Shown here: one piece after another, positions 9,533 to 19,012 of the stretch
Layout: the number at the start of each line of letters is the position of its first letter
Numbering within the stretch: position 1 is the first letter of the stretch
Assembly (NCBI GenBank): GCA_963713825.1
Contig: CAVQNG010000005.1
Coordinates: 320,001 to 384,000 of the forward strand
Reading direction: 5' to 3'
DNA length: 64,000 bases
DNA from: an uncultured Acidobacteriota bacterium
Lineage (GTDB): Bacteria; Acidobacteriota; Thermoanaerobaculia; Multivoradales; JAHEKO01
The notes under the pieces: generated by a model
Seen by the model: only the letters and a program-made list of their open reading frames with translations
What the model was told of the DNA's origin: nothing
The model's database searches: none
Made by a program: the position numbers and the translations under genes

Positions 9533-10954
9533 ATGACCGCAGTCCGCCGCGGCCTTGGTGCCGCGATACTCGCTCTGATCGTCGTGTCGGTTGTGGGGTG
9601 TAGCCCAGCTCCGGAGACGGCGAAGAGCTTCGACAACGTTGTTCTGGTCACGATCGACACTTTGAGGGCCGACCACCTGGGAGCCTATGGCTATCCCCGG
9701 CCCGTATCTCCCTTTATTGATTCCCTGGCAGCCGCAGGGGTTCGCTTCGATCGGGCTATCTCTTCGAGCTCTCATACTGCCCCGTCTCACACGTCGATCT
9801 TCACGTCACAGTACCCGGCCCGCCACGGAGTTCTATTCAACGGCGTGAAGCTGCAGCCGGGCATCCCCACGCTGGCCTCCACCTTTCGAGAGGCGGGCTT
9901 CGAGACTGCTGCTTTTGTCAGCGTCAGCTTCCTTCGGGGCTCGGCTCGGGGTTTCAGCAAGCGGAGCTTCCACAGCAGGGCCGGCTTCAGGCGAGCCGAA
10001 CGCACGGTCGACGAGGCCTTGAAGTGGTTGGAGAGGCGAGATGAAGGCAAGAGACTTCTGCTCTGGATGCATCTCTTCGACGTGCACAGCTCGAATGACA
10101 AGGCTCGGCCACCGGCCGATCTGCTGGAAGTGATGAGGCAGGATTCACAACAGCGAGGTGACGAGCTCAGGCAGATACTGATCCGCGAGCAGGGAATCCC
10201 CGAGGACTTCCTGACCGAGGAAGAAGATCGCTTCGACGGTGGTGGGGCCTTGGAGCGATTCGATCGCTACGACGCGCAGATTGCCAGCGTCGATCGGGAA
10301 TTGCGCCGTTTCTTCGAGGGTATGGAGAGCTCGACTCGGGACTCCCGAACGCTGTGGGTGGTGACCGCGGACCACGGTGAAGGACTCGGAAACCACGAGT
10401 ACATCGGACATGGCAAGCTCTTGTACAGCGAGCAGATCCGGGTGCCGCTGATCCTCTACAGCGGAGACGAGCAGATTGCTCCGCGCACGATCGATCAGCA
10501 GGTGCGTCATGTCGATCTTCTCCCGACGATTGCCGAGCTTGCAGGGGTGGAGTTGGACGCCGAGACTCTCGAGCTCGAAGGGCGCTCTCTCGTAACTCTC
10601 GTCCAGGGAGCTCAGATCGGTCAGGGGGAGCCAGCTTTCGCGCAGCGTCGTCCCGCCGGCGAATCGAAGTCGAGGCTGGGCTGGTCGAAAGAGCTCGTTC
10701 TCGCAGCGGAGGCCGAGCGGTTCAAGTACATCCTCCACAGCGAAGGGGAAGACGAGCTCTACGACCTGGAGAGTGACCCGCTGGAGCTCGAGAATCTGAT
10801 CGGCACGGGCCTGCCCGCGGAAAGAGAGCTGGCTGAATGGCTGGCGCGCAAATACCAATGGATGGTGGAGCATCCCCTCTCGGAGTCTCCGGGTGGTGTC
10901 CAGATCGAGGCGGAATACGTCGAAGAGCTCAAAGCTCTCGGCTACCTGAACTAA
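9533..10954 (+). CDS. Sulfatase-like hydrolase/transferase, probable lipoprotein
   Basis: IDTLRADHL, TAPSHTSIFTSQYP, TADHGE, ELYDLESDPLE and LKALGYL motifs; lipobox VVGC. Confidence 0.85.
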   Translation: MTAVRRGLGAAILALIVVSVVGCSPAPETAKSFDNVVLVTIDTLRADHLGAYGYPRPVSPFIDSLAAAGVRFDRAISSSSHTAPSHTSIFTSQYPARHGVLFNGVKLQPGIPTLASTFREAGFETAAFVSVSFLRGSARGFSKRSFHSRAGFRRAERTVDEALKWLERRDEGKRLLLWMHLFDVHSSNDKARPPADLLEVMRQDSQQRGDELRQILIREQGIPEDFLTEEEDRFDGGGALERFDRYDAQIASVDRELRRFFEGMESSTRDSRTLWVVTADHGEGLGNHEYIGHGKLLYSEQIRVPLILYSGDEQIAPRTIDQQVRHVDLLPTIAELAGVELDAETLELEGRSLVTLVQGAQIGQGEPAFAQRRPAGESKSRLGWSKELVLAAEAERFKYILHSEGEDELYDLESDPLELENLIGTGLPAERELAEWLARKYQWMVEHPLSESPGGVQIEAEYVEELKALGYLN

Positions 10955-11103
10955 GAGCTCCAGGATTGAGCGGCGGCGGCTCAATTTCTGGGTACGGCGT
11001 TGCTACCCGGCAGAACTTCGTCTCTGGCCTTGTTCCGCTTTACCAAGAGTGGAATTCTCGCAACAGATCTTAGCCATTTGGACTAAGATCCGAGAAATTT
11101 TGC

Positions 11104-11132
11104 TTGACAGGAAATATTCTTAGCCCTACAAT
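11104..11132 (+). promoter_or_regulatory. Sigma70 promoter of groESL
   Basis: TTGACA-17 nt-TACAAT in an AT-rich intergenic region. Confidence 0.85.
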
Positions 11133-11135
11133 TTG

Positions 11136-11162
11136 TTAGCAGTCTCGGTTGACGAGTGCTAA
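11136..11162. promoter_or_regulatory. CIRCE element (HrcA operator)
   Basis: TTAGCAGTC-N9-GAGTGCTAA, one mismatch to the consensus TTAGCACTC-N9-GAGTGCTAA, just downstream of the -10 box. Confidence 0.93.
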
Positions 11163-11230
11163 TCACGTCGATCTTGAGATCTCTAAACAACTGAAAATAA
11201 AGAATTTTCTTAACTACAGGAGGTAGGTAA

Positions 11231-11524
11231 GTGTCTGTGAACATTCGACCATTGCACGATCGGGTCCTCGCCAAACGGAGCGAGGAAGGTGAGCAAGTCC
11301 GTGGCGGAATCATTATCCCGGATACGGCCAAAGAAAAGCCCCAGGAGGCCGAGATCATCGCTGTCGGCCCCGGCAAGATTCAGGAAGATGGCAAGCGCGC
11401 TCCCATGGATGTGAAGGCGGGCGACAAGGTCCTGATCGGTAAGTACTCGGGCAGCGAGATCAAGATCGACGACGAAGACTACGTGATTCTGCGTGAGGAC
11501 GAGATCCTCGCGGTCATCGGCTAG
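11231..11524 (+). CDS. groES: Co-chaperonin GroES
   Basis: IRPLHDRV...[15 protein letters not shown]...[10 protein letters not shown]; AGGAGG RBS. Confidence 0.98.
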   Translation: MSVNIRPLHDRVLAKRSEEGEQVRGGIIIPDTAKEKPQEAEIIAVGPGKIQEDGKRAPMDVKAGDKVLIGKYSGSEIKIDDEDYVILREDEILAVIG

Positions 11525-11561
11525 TCGCGACGCGGACTTCTTAAGAATTCGCATTTTCTGA

Positions 11562-13244
<1,683 letters not shown>

Positions 13245-13269
13245 TCGCGTCTTTGGCGCTTTGTATAGT

Positions 13270-13302
13270 GGCCGGTCCCTTTGGGGGCCGGCCCTTTTTT
13301 TT
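13270..13302 (+). terminator. Rho-independent terminator after groEL
   Basis: GGCCGGTCCC-TTT-GGGGGCCGGCC hairpin followed by a T8 run. Confidence 0.85.
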
Positions 13303-13423
13303 GGCTTGAGGCGCCCGGTCGTGCCCTCTCACCCGTCCTGGGGCTTGGGGGCACTAGGGGAGTAGGGGATCGGGTGGGGGGTCCCCACTGCCTCAAAGGC
13401 AGGCCGGAGGGACGACGGACTCC

Positions 13424-14365
13424 TCAACCCCTGTTTTTGAACCAGGCTGCTGTTCGGGCGATGCCGTCCGACAGCGGTAGCGGCTCAGACACTCCGAGCT
13501 CGGATCGAAGGAGGGTGGCGTCTACGGACGATCTACGCTGCTCGCCGGGCATACCGGGGCCATGAGTCGCCTCGCGATCGCCGCCGAGAGAAGACGCGAT
13601 CTCGCGATAGAGCTCGACGACGTCTGTCTCGATACCGGTGCCGACGTTGTAGATGTGAAAACCAGGTCGACCCAGGGCGGCCACATTGGCGGCGACCACG
13701 TCGGAGACATGGATGTAGTCGCGGGTTTGCAGGCCGTCTCCATTGATGACAGGTGTCTCGCCACCCAATAGCCTGTTCATGAAAATGGCGACGACCCCCG
13801 CCTCACCGTGCGGATTCTGGCGTTCGCCATAGACGTTGGCAAAGCGCAGACACGTGACGTTCAGTCCGTACTGTACGTGAAAGTAGAAGAGATACTTCTC
13901 GGAAGCGAGCTTGGATACACCGTAGGGCGAGACCGGTCGCTCTGGATGGCCCTCAGGAGCTGGGAAGGTATCCTGCTCGCCGTAGATGGCGCCACCCGTC
14001 GAGGCGAAAATCACCTGTTCGACGCCAACGTTGGCGGCGGCCTGCAACAGGTTCAGGGCACCCAGAACGTTCACGGAGGCGTCGAAGACGGGGTCCTCCG
14101 TCGAGCGACGAACATCCATCTGGGCAGCCAGATGATAGATAGCCGAGACCTTCTCGCTGGCGATCAAGTCGGCCGCTTCGGCAGATCGGATGTCGAGCTG
14201 GTGAAGCTCCGCGGCAGTGTTGACGTTTTCTGCCCTGCCGGTCGAGAGGTCATCCAACACCAGGACCCTGTGGCCCTTTTCGACCAGAGCGTCGACGATA
14301 TGAGAGCCGATGAAGCCGGCTCCACCGGTGACCAGGACAGCAGGGCTCTCATTGGGTGAATTCAT
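13424..14365 (-). CDS. NAD-dependent epimerase/dehydratase (UDP-glucose 4-epimerase-like)
   Basis: VTGGAGFIGSH, ASTGGAIYGE, YGVSK, ANVYG and RDYIHV motifs; start set at ATG 14365. Confidence 0.9.
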   Translation of the reverse strand: MNSPNESPAVLVTGGAGFIGSHIVDALVEKGHRVLVLDDLSTGRAENVNTAAELHQLDIRSAEAADLIASEKVSAIYHLAAQMDVRRSTEDPVFDASVNVLGALNLLQAAANVGVEQVIFASTGGAIYGEQDTFPAPEGHPERPVSPYGVSKLASEKYLFYFHVQYGLNVTCLRFANVYGERQNPHGEAGVVAIFMNRLLGGETPVINGDGLQTRDYIHVSDVVAANVAALGRPGFHIYNVGTGIETDVVELYREIASSLGGDREATHGPGMPGEQRRSSVDATLLRSELGVSEPLPLSDGIARTAAWFKNRG

Positions 14366-14419
14366 GGCGACTCCGTCTGGGGAATGAGAATGCGAATAGA
14401 TGACGGTGGGCAAGGGCTC

Positions 14420-15904
14420 TCAGTGGGTGATTTCATGGCGAGACCGTCTGCGAAATGAGAACGCGAGAGCCGATGAAGCCACCGCCACCCGTGACCAGGA
14501 CAGAGACATCAGTGAAATCAGGCATGGCCATGATGGGAGTTCCTCGTGATTTGCGATCTTGGAGTCAGGCCGTTGCGATGTCAGGCCCTGCACGACGTTG
14601 GAATGGCCGCCTCGGAAGACGCCGCGGGTATCCACGATGAGCGAGGAGTTCTCCAGCACCTGGTCATAGTCGACACTACTGTGGTCGGCCACCAGGACGA
14701 CTCCATCCTGAGACGAAAGGAGCTCTTTGGTGAGGGGCCGGGAGGCGAGGTGTCTCAGGTGCCGCCAGGACCGGGTCTCCGGGACGCGTGGGATATGGGG
14801 GTCGTGATAGCTGACGTCGGCGCCCATATCGATGAGCTTGGACAGGACGACGAACGCCGGGCTTTCACGAGGATCCGCGACGTCCTTCTTATAGGCCAGG
14901 CCGAGAACCAGGATCTTGCTGTCCTTGACCGGTTTGCCCCGGTTGTTGAGAGCCTCCTGGAGCTTCTCGACAACCAGCTGTGGCATTCGCACGTTGACTT
15001 CGCCAGCCAGCTCGATGAAGCGGGTCGAGATGCCGTACTGACGAGCCTTCCAGGAGAGATAGAAGGGGTCGATCGGGATGCAGTGCCCGCCCCAGCCCGG
15101 GCCAGGGTTGAAACGCATGAAGCCGAATGGCTTGGTGGCTGCGGCATCGAGGACTTCCCAGATGTCGATGTCCATTTCGTCGTAGACGATCTTGAGCTCG
15201 TTGACCAGCGCGATGTTGACGGCGCGGAAGATATTCTCCAGCAGCTTCGAGGCCTCGGCGGTGCTGGCCGAAGAGACCCGCACAGTGTCTACGACCACCG
15301 AGTTGTAGAGGGCGACTGCCAGGTCGGTCGAGGCCTCGTCGACTCCTCCGACGACTTTCGGGATGGTCGTCGTGGCAAAGTCTGGATTCCCGGGGTCTTC
15401 CCTTTCCGGGGAGTAGGCCAGGAAGAACTCCTCTCCGCAAGTCAGACCGGAGGTCTGGAGAATGTCACGCAAGAGCTCTTCGGTAGTGCCCGGGTAGGTG
15501 GTCGATTCCAGCACCACCAGCTGGCCCGGACACATAGCCTTGGCAATCGCCTCGGCGGTGCTCACCACGTAGGTCATGTCCGGCTCTCGCTGTGAGGTCA
15601 GCGGTGTCGGCACGCAGATCAGCAGCACATCGGGCTCGCCGAGCCGCGATAAGTCGGCGGTCGAGGTCAGCCTCCCGCCACTCGAAGCTTCGGCGACAGC
15701 GGCCGATTTGATATGACTGATATAGCTCTCGCCTCGATTCAGCTGTTCGACCTTGCGGTCGTCAACGTCGAAGCCCAGCACTGGAAACCCGGCCTTGGAA
15801 AAGGCCAGAGCCAGGGGAAGTCCGACATACCCAAGACCGAGAATTCCTACCGTCGCTTGACGGCTCTCGATCTTGTCCATCAGCTGCTGGGCGGTGTCGT
15901 TCAT
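14420..15904 (-). CDS. Nucleotide-sugar dehydrogenase (UDP-GlcNAc 6-dehydrogenase, WbpA/WecC family); the natural end is probably near 14581
   Basis: GLGYVGLP, LESTTYPGTT, SPEREDPGN, GGHCIPIDP and GLAYKKDV motifs; AGGAG RBS before ATG 15904. Confidence 0.92.
   Translation of the reverse strand: MNDTAQQLMDKIESRQATVGILGLGYVGLPLALAFSKAGFPVLGFDVDDRKVEQLNRGESYISHIKSAAVAEASSGGRLTSTADLSRLGEPDVLLICVPTPLTSQREPDMTYVVSTAEAIAKAMCPGQLVVLESTTYPGTTEELLRDILQTSGLTCGEEFFLAYSPEREDPGNPDFATTTIPKVVGGVDEASTDLAVALYNSVVVDTVRVSSASTAEASKLLENIFRAVNIALVNELKIVYDEMDIDIWEVLDAAATKPFGFMRFNPGPGWGGHCIPIDPFYLSWKARQYGISTRFIELAGEVNVRMPQLVVEKLQEALNNRGKPVKDSKILVLGLAYKKDVADPRESPAFVVLSKLIDMGADVSYHDPHIPRVPETRSWRHLRHLASRPLTKELLSSQDGVVLVADHSSVDYDQVLENSSLIVDTRGVFRGGHSNVVQGLTSQRPDSKIANHEELPSWPCLISLMSLSWSRVAVASSALAFSFRRRSRHEITH
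14433..14525 (-). pseudogene. 30-codon relic of an SDR epimerase N-terminus (MPDFTDVSVLVTGGGGFIGSR...)
   Basis: Translated by hand; Rossmann GxxGxxG motif; its DNA is an imperfect copy of 14302-14340. Confidence 0.6.
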
Positions 15905-15975
15905 CGAATTCTCCTGAGCATTCATCGATTCCTGCGGATCAAAGTCTATACTCCCAAGTCAGCTCTCGAACGTCT

Positions 15976-16422
15976 ATGAAGAACGTGACTGCGATGGGCA
16001 AAGTCCTCACAAGACATGTTCCCGCACTGACCTGGGCCTTGCTGACAGCTGTGGCTCTGCTGATGCCGGGCGATCCGCTCCAAGAGGCCGGAGGTTGGTT
16101 CGATCTGCCCGAGTGGCTGGAGCTCCTGGCAGACAGGCTGGGGCATTGGCTGGGACCGTGGGCGGACAAACTCGTGCATTTCGGGTTGTTTCTGGTTTTG
16201 GCCCTGCTCGTGCGGAGGAGTTTCTACGACACCAGCCGCGATTCGGAGGGAGCGTTGAAAAGCCTGGCCGTTATTCTGCCGTACATCGTTGTCCTGGAGA
16301 TTGCCCAAATCTGGATCCCCGGGCGTGGTTGGGAGACTATGGACCTGGTAGCCGGATTCGCGGGCGCTCTGGTGGCAATGCTCCTACTCCAAGTCCACGG
16401 GACGAGTCGGATGGTGTCATAG
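15976..16422 (+). CDS. VanZ-family membrane protein
   Basis: DKLVHFGLF...LEIAQIWIPGR..E..DL motif pattern. Confidence 0.8.
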   Translation: MKNVTAMGKVLTRHVPALTWALLTAVALLMPGDPLQEAGGWFDLPEWLELLADRLGHWLGPWADKLVHFGLFLVLALLVRRSFYDTSRDSEGALKSLAVILPYIVVLEIAQIWIPGRGWETMDLVAGFAGALVAMLLLQVHGTSRMVS

Positions 16423-16532
16423 CCGCTTGCGGAAATGGGAGTGAGCCGGTTAGTCTTTGCGCCGCGTTTCGCAAGACATCGGTCGAGGCCGGCACCTGGC
16501 TCCCGCGAGCCAGAGGCACCTGGGGAAGAGTC

Positions 16533-17483
16533 ATGAAAGTCACGGACCATCTAGATCGGACTGAGAAGCCCCTGATCAGCTTCGAGATCATTCCTCCGCT
16601 GCGGGGTGGCAACGTCGTCGGCCTACTGCGCCTGATCGAGGACCTGGCCCGATACGAGCCGCCCTTCATCGACATCACCAGCCATGGTTCTCAGGTGAGC
16701 TACGAGGAGACCGACACCGGCATTCAACGCAAAGTGAAGCGGAAACGGCCGGGGACGATCGGTGTCTGCGCCCTGATCCAGAACAAGTACAACATCGACG
16801 CGGTACCACATGTTCTCTGTGTGGGATTCACCCGTGAGGAGTCGGAAGACTTCCTCATCGAGCTCAACTATCTGGGCATCGACAACGTGCTGGCGGTGCG
16901 AGGCGACGAGAATGGTTTCAGGAAGCCGCTGCAATATGGTCGTAGCGCCAACGAGTACGCTGGAGATCTGGTCAGTCAGATCGCTGCCATGAATCGTGGG
17001 CGGTATCTCGAGGAGGACATTCTGGATGCCGACCCGACGGATTTCTGCATCGGCATCGCTGGATACCCGGAGAAGCACTTCGAGGCACCCAATCTGGAAA
17101 TCGATGTGAGTCGTACAAAGGAGAAGGTGAATGCCGGCGGCGACTACATCGTGACCCAGATGTTCTTCGACAATCAGCGGTTCTTCTCGTACGTCAATGC
17201 CTGTCGCGAAGCGGGAATCGAAGTTCCCATCATCCCGGGTTTGAAGATCATCACCAACAAGACACAGCTGCGCACCCTGCCAAGCAAGTTCCACTGCGAC
17301 ATACCCTCCGAGTTCTCGAGGGAGATCGAGGCCGCAAAGCCGGAGCACGTTATGGAAGTCGGGGTCGAGTGGGCCCTGCAACAGGCCCAGGATCTTCTCG
17401 ATCATGGCGTCCCCTCGTTACACTTCTACTTGATGCAGAGCTCGAAAGCGATCAACATGGTGTTAGATCGCCTGCAGAGGTAA
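16533..17483 (+). CDS. metF: Methylenetetrahydrofolate reductase
   Basis: SFEIIPP, AVRGD, AGYPEKHFEAP, VTQMFFDN and LHFY motifs; start at ATG 16533. Confidence 0.93.
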   Translation: MKVTDHLDRTEKPLISFEIIPPLRGGNVVGLLRLIEDLARYEPPFIDITSHGSQVSYEETDTGIQRKVKRKRPGTIGVCALIQNKYNIDAVPHVLCVGFTREESEDFLIELNYLGIDNVLAVRGDENGFRKPLQYGRSANEYAGDLVSQIAAMNRGRYLEEDILDADPTDFCIGIAGYPEKHFEAPNLEIDVSRTKEKVNAGGDYIVTQMFFDNQRFFSYVNACREAGIEVPIIPGLKIITNKTQLRTLPSKFHCDIPSEFSREIEAAKPEHVMEVGVEWALQQAQDLLDHGVPSLHFYLMQSSKAINMVLDRLQR

Positions 17484-17504
17484 GAAAGGGTTGGGAACCG
17501 GGCG

Positions 17505-18728
17505 ATGGTCAAAGCGCTAGAACCAGAGGCGGCCCAGAGACTTCTGGAGTTGAAGGACCGGGCTCTCGCGTCGACGGCGGAAGGAGTGACGATCTCCGAC
17601 TGCAGCCTGCCGGGGAATCCGATCATCTATGCGAACGAGGGCTTCGAGCGCATCACGGGCTATACGGTTGCCGACGTCGTGGGGCGCAATTGTCGTTTCC
17701 TGCAAGGGGAAGACACCGATCCCGAGGCAATTGAAGAAATCCGCCGTGGTTTGCGGGAGAACCGGGAGCTGACGGTCGAGATCCTCAACTATCGCAATGA
17801 CGGAACGCCGTTCTGGAATCGCCTTTCCATCGATCCGGTTCGCGATGCAGAAGGCAGGGTCACGAACTACATTGGCATTCAGGTCGATATTACGGAGCGC
17901 AGGCTGGCGGAAGAGGCTCTGCAGCGTGCCAAGGACGATCTCGAATCGGCCAATCAGCGGATGCAGCGGAACCTACAGGCCGCGGTCCGGGTTCAGCAGG
18001 CTCTCCTGCCTTCCTCGACTCCCGATGTCCCCGGAGTAGAATTCGCCTGGCGGCTGGATCCCTGCACCGAGCTGGCTGGCGATTTTCTGAATTTCTACCG
18101 CTTGGCCGACAACCTGGCGGGCGCCTACGTTCTGGATGTCAGTGGTCACGGAGTTGCGGCTTCACTGCTCTCGGTCACCGTCAGCCGAATGCTCTCGGGT
18201 ACCTCTCGACAGTCGGTACTGTTCGATGCCGCTGGTGGGCCTGACCTACGGAACCCCGCCTCGCCGTCTCAGGTGGCGGAGAAGCTCAATGAGTTGTTTC
18301 CCTTCGATCCCCGAACGGCTCAGTTCTTCACCCTGCTATATGGCCTCGTGGATACGAGCGATCGGACCTTCCGATACGTCTCGGCCGGCCACCTGCCGCC
18401 GATTCGGGTGCCCAAGCGGGGCGAGCCAACGCAGCTCGATTCAGATGGGAAGCCAATCGGGTTGTTTCCAGACTCCGCATGGGAGGACAGGACAGCCCAG
18501 CTGGATGACGGAGATCGGGTGTATGTCTACACGGATGGCCTGGTCGAAGCGGAGAGCAGGCAGGGCGTCGAGTTTGGCGTCGACCGGTTGACCGAGCTAC
18601 TGGCATCGCTGCGAAACGAGCCGCTCGACACCGGATTGGATCGGGCGCTGCAGTCGGTGGATGCCTGGACGGGCCCGACGCCTCTCGAAGACGACGCCTC
18701 GATCCTCGCGATCGAGTTCACAGGCTGA
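17505..18728 (+). CDS. LOV-domain (PAS) sensor fused to a SpoIIE/PP2C serine phosphatase
   Basis: LOV motifs GRNCRFLQ and NYRNDGTPFWN; coiled coil; PP2C motifs AGDF, LDVSGHG, YTDGLVE and EDDAS. Confidence 0.92.
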   Translation: MVKALEPEAAQRLLELKDRALASTAEGVTISDCSLPGNPIIYANEGFERITGYTVADVVGRNCRFLQGEDTDPEAIEEIRRGLRENRELTVEILNYRNDGTPFWNRLSIDPVRDAEGRVTNYIGIQVDITERRLAEEALQRAKDDLESANQRMQRNLQAAVRVQQALLPSSTPDVPGVEFAWRLDPCTELAGDFLNFYRLADNLAGAYVLDVSGHGVAASLLSVTVSRMLSGTSRQSVLFDAAGGPDLRNPASPSQVAEKLNELFPFDPRTAQFFTLLYGLVDTSDRTFRYVSAGHLPPIRVPKRGEPTQLDSDGKPIGLFPDSAWEDRTAQLDDGDRVYVYTDGLVEAESRQGVEFGVDRLTELLASLRNEPLDTGLDRALQSVDAWTGPTPLEDDASILAIEFTG

Positions 18729-18759
18729 GAGTCGCGAGCTCTGCCAGCTCACCACTCGA

Positions 18760-18788
18760 TTGACAGGCCTTGCCGCCTCCAATAACCT
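18760..18788 (+). promoter_or_regulatory. Sigma70 promoter of metH
   Basis: TTGACA-17 nt-TAACCT, about 8 nt ahead of the riboswitch. Confidence 0.75.
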
Positions 18789-18796
18789 TTCGGCCA

Positions 18797-18896
18797 GCAT
18801 CCGGAGCGGTCCGGAGAGATCCGGACTCGGCAACCTGGGACGGACAACCAAGGTGCCATCTCGCTCCCCTGCGGCGACGTCGGTGAGCGAGGATGC
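18797..18896 (+). ncRNA. SAM-I-type (S-box) riboswitch aptamer
   Basis: P1 GCAUC/GAUGC, P3 GGCAACC...GGUGCC, P4 UCGCUC/GAGCGA; upstream of metH and followed by a terminator. Confidence 0.82.
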
Positions 18897-18947
18897 GGCC
18901 GCCCTGTCAGGTTCAAGCAGGAGGCAACCAAGTGTCCGGCAAAGGAT

Positions 18948-18986
18948 CCCGCTTTCGTGGTGCTCGCGAAGCGGGCTGTTTTTTTT
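18948..18986 (+). terminator. Riboswitch expression-platform terminator
   Basis: CCCGCTT...AAGCGGG stem followed by a T8 run, before the metH start. Confidence 0.8.
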
Positions 18987-19012
18987 GTGGCTGACATGGG
19001 AGCACATGGCCG

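Noticed and set aside
16423-16532. Possible SAM or SAH riboswitch before metF
   Set aside because: Small hairpins are present but no recognisable aptamer core.
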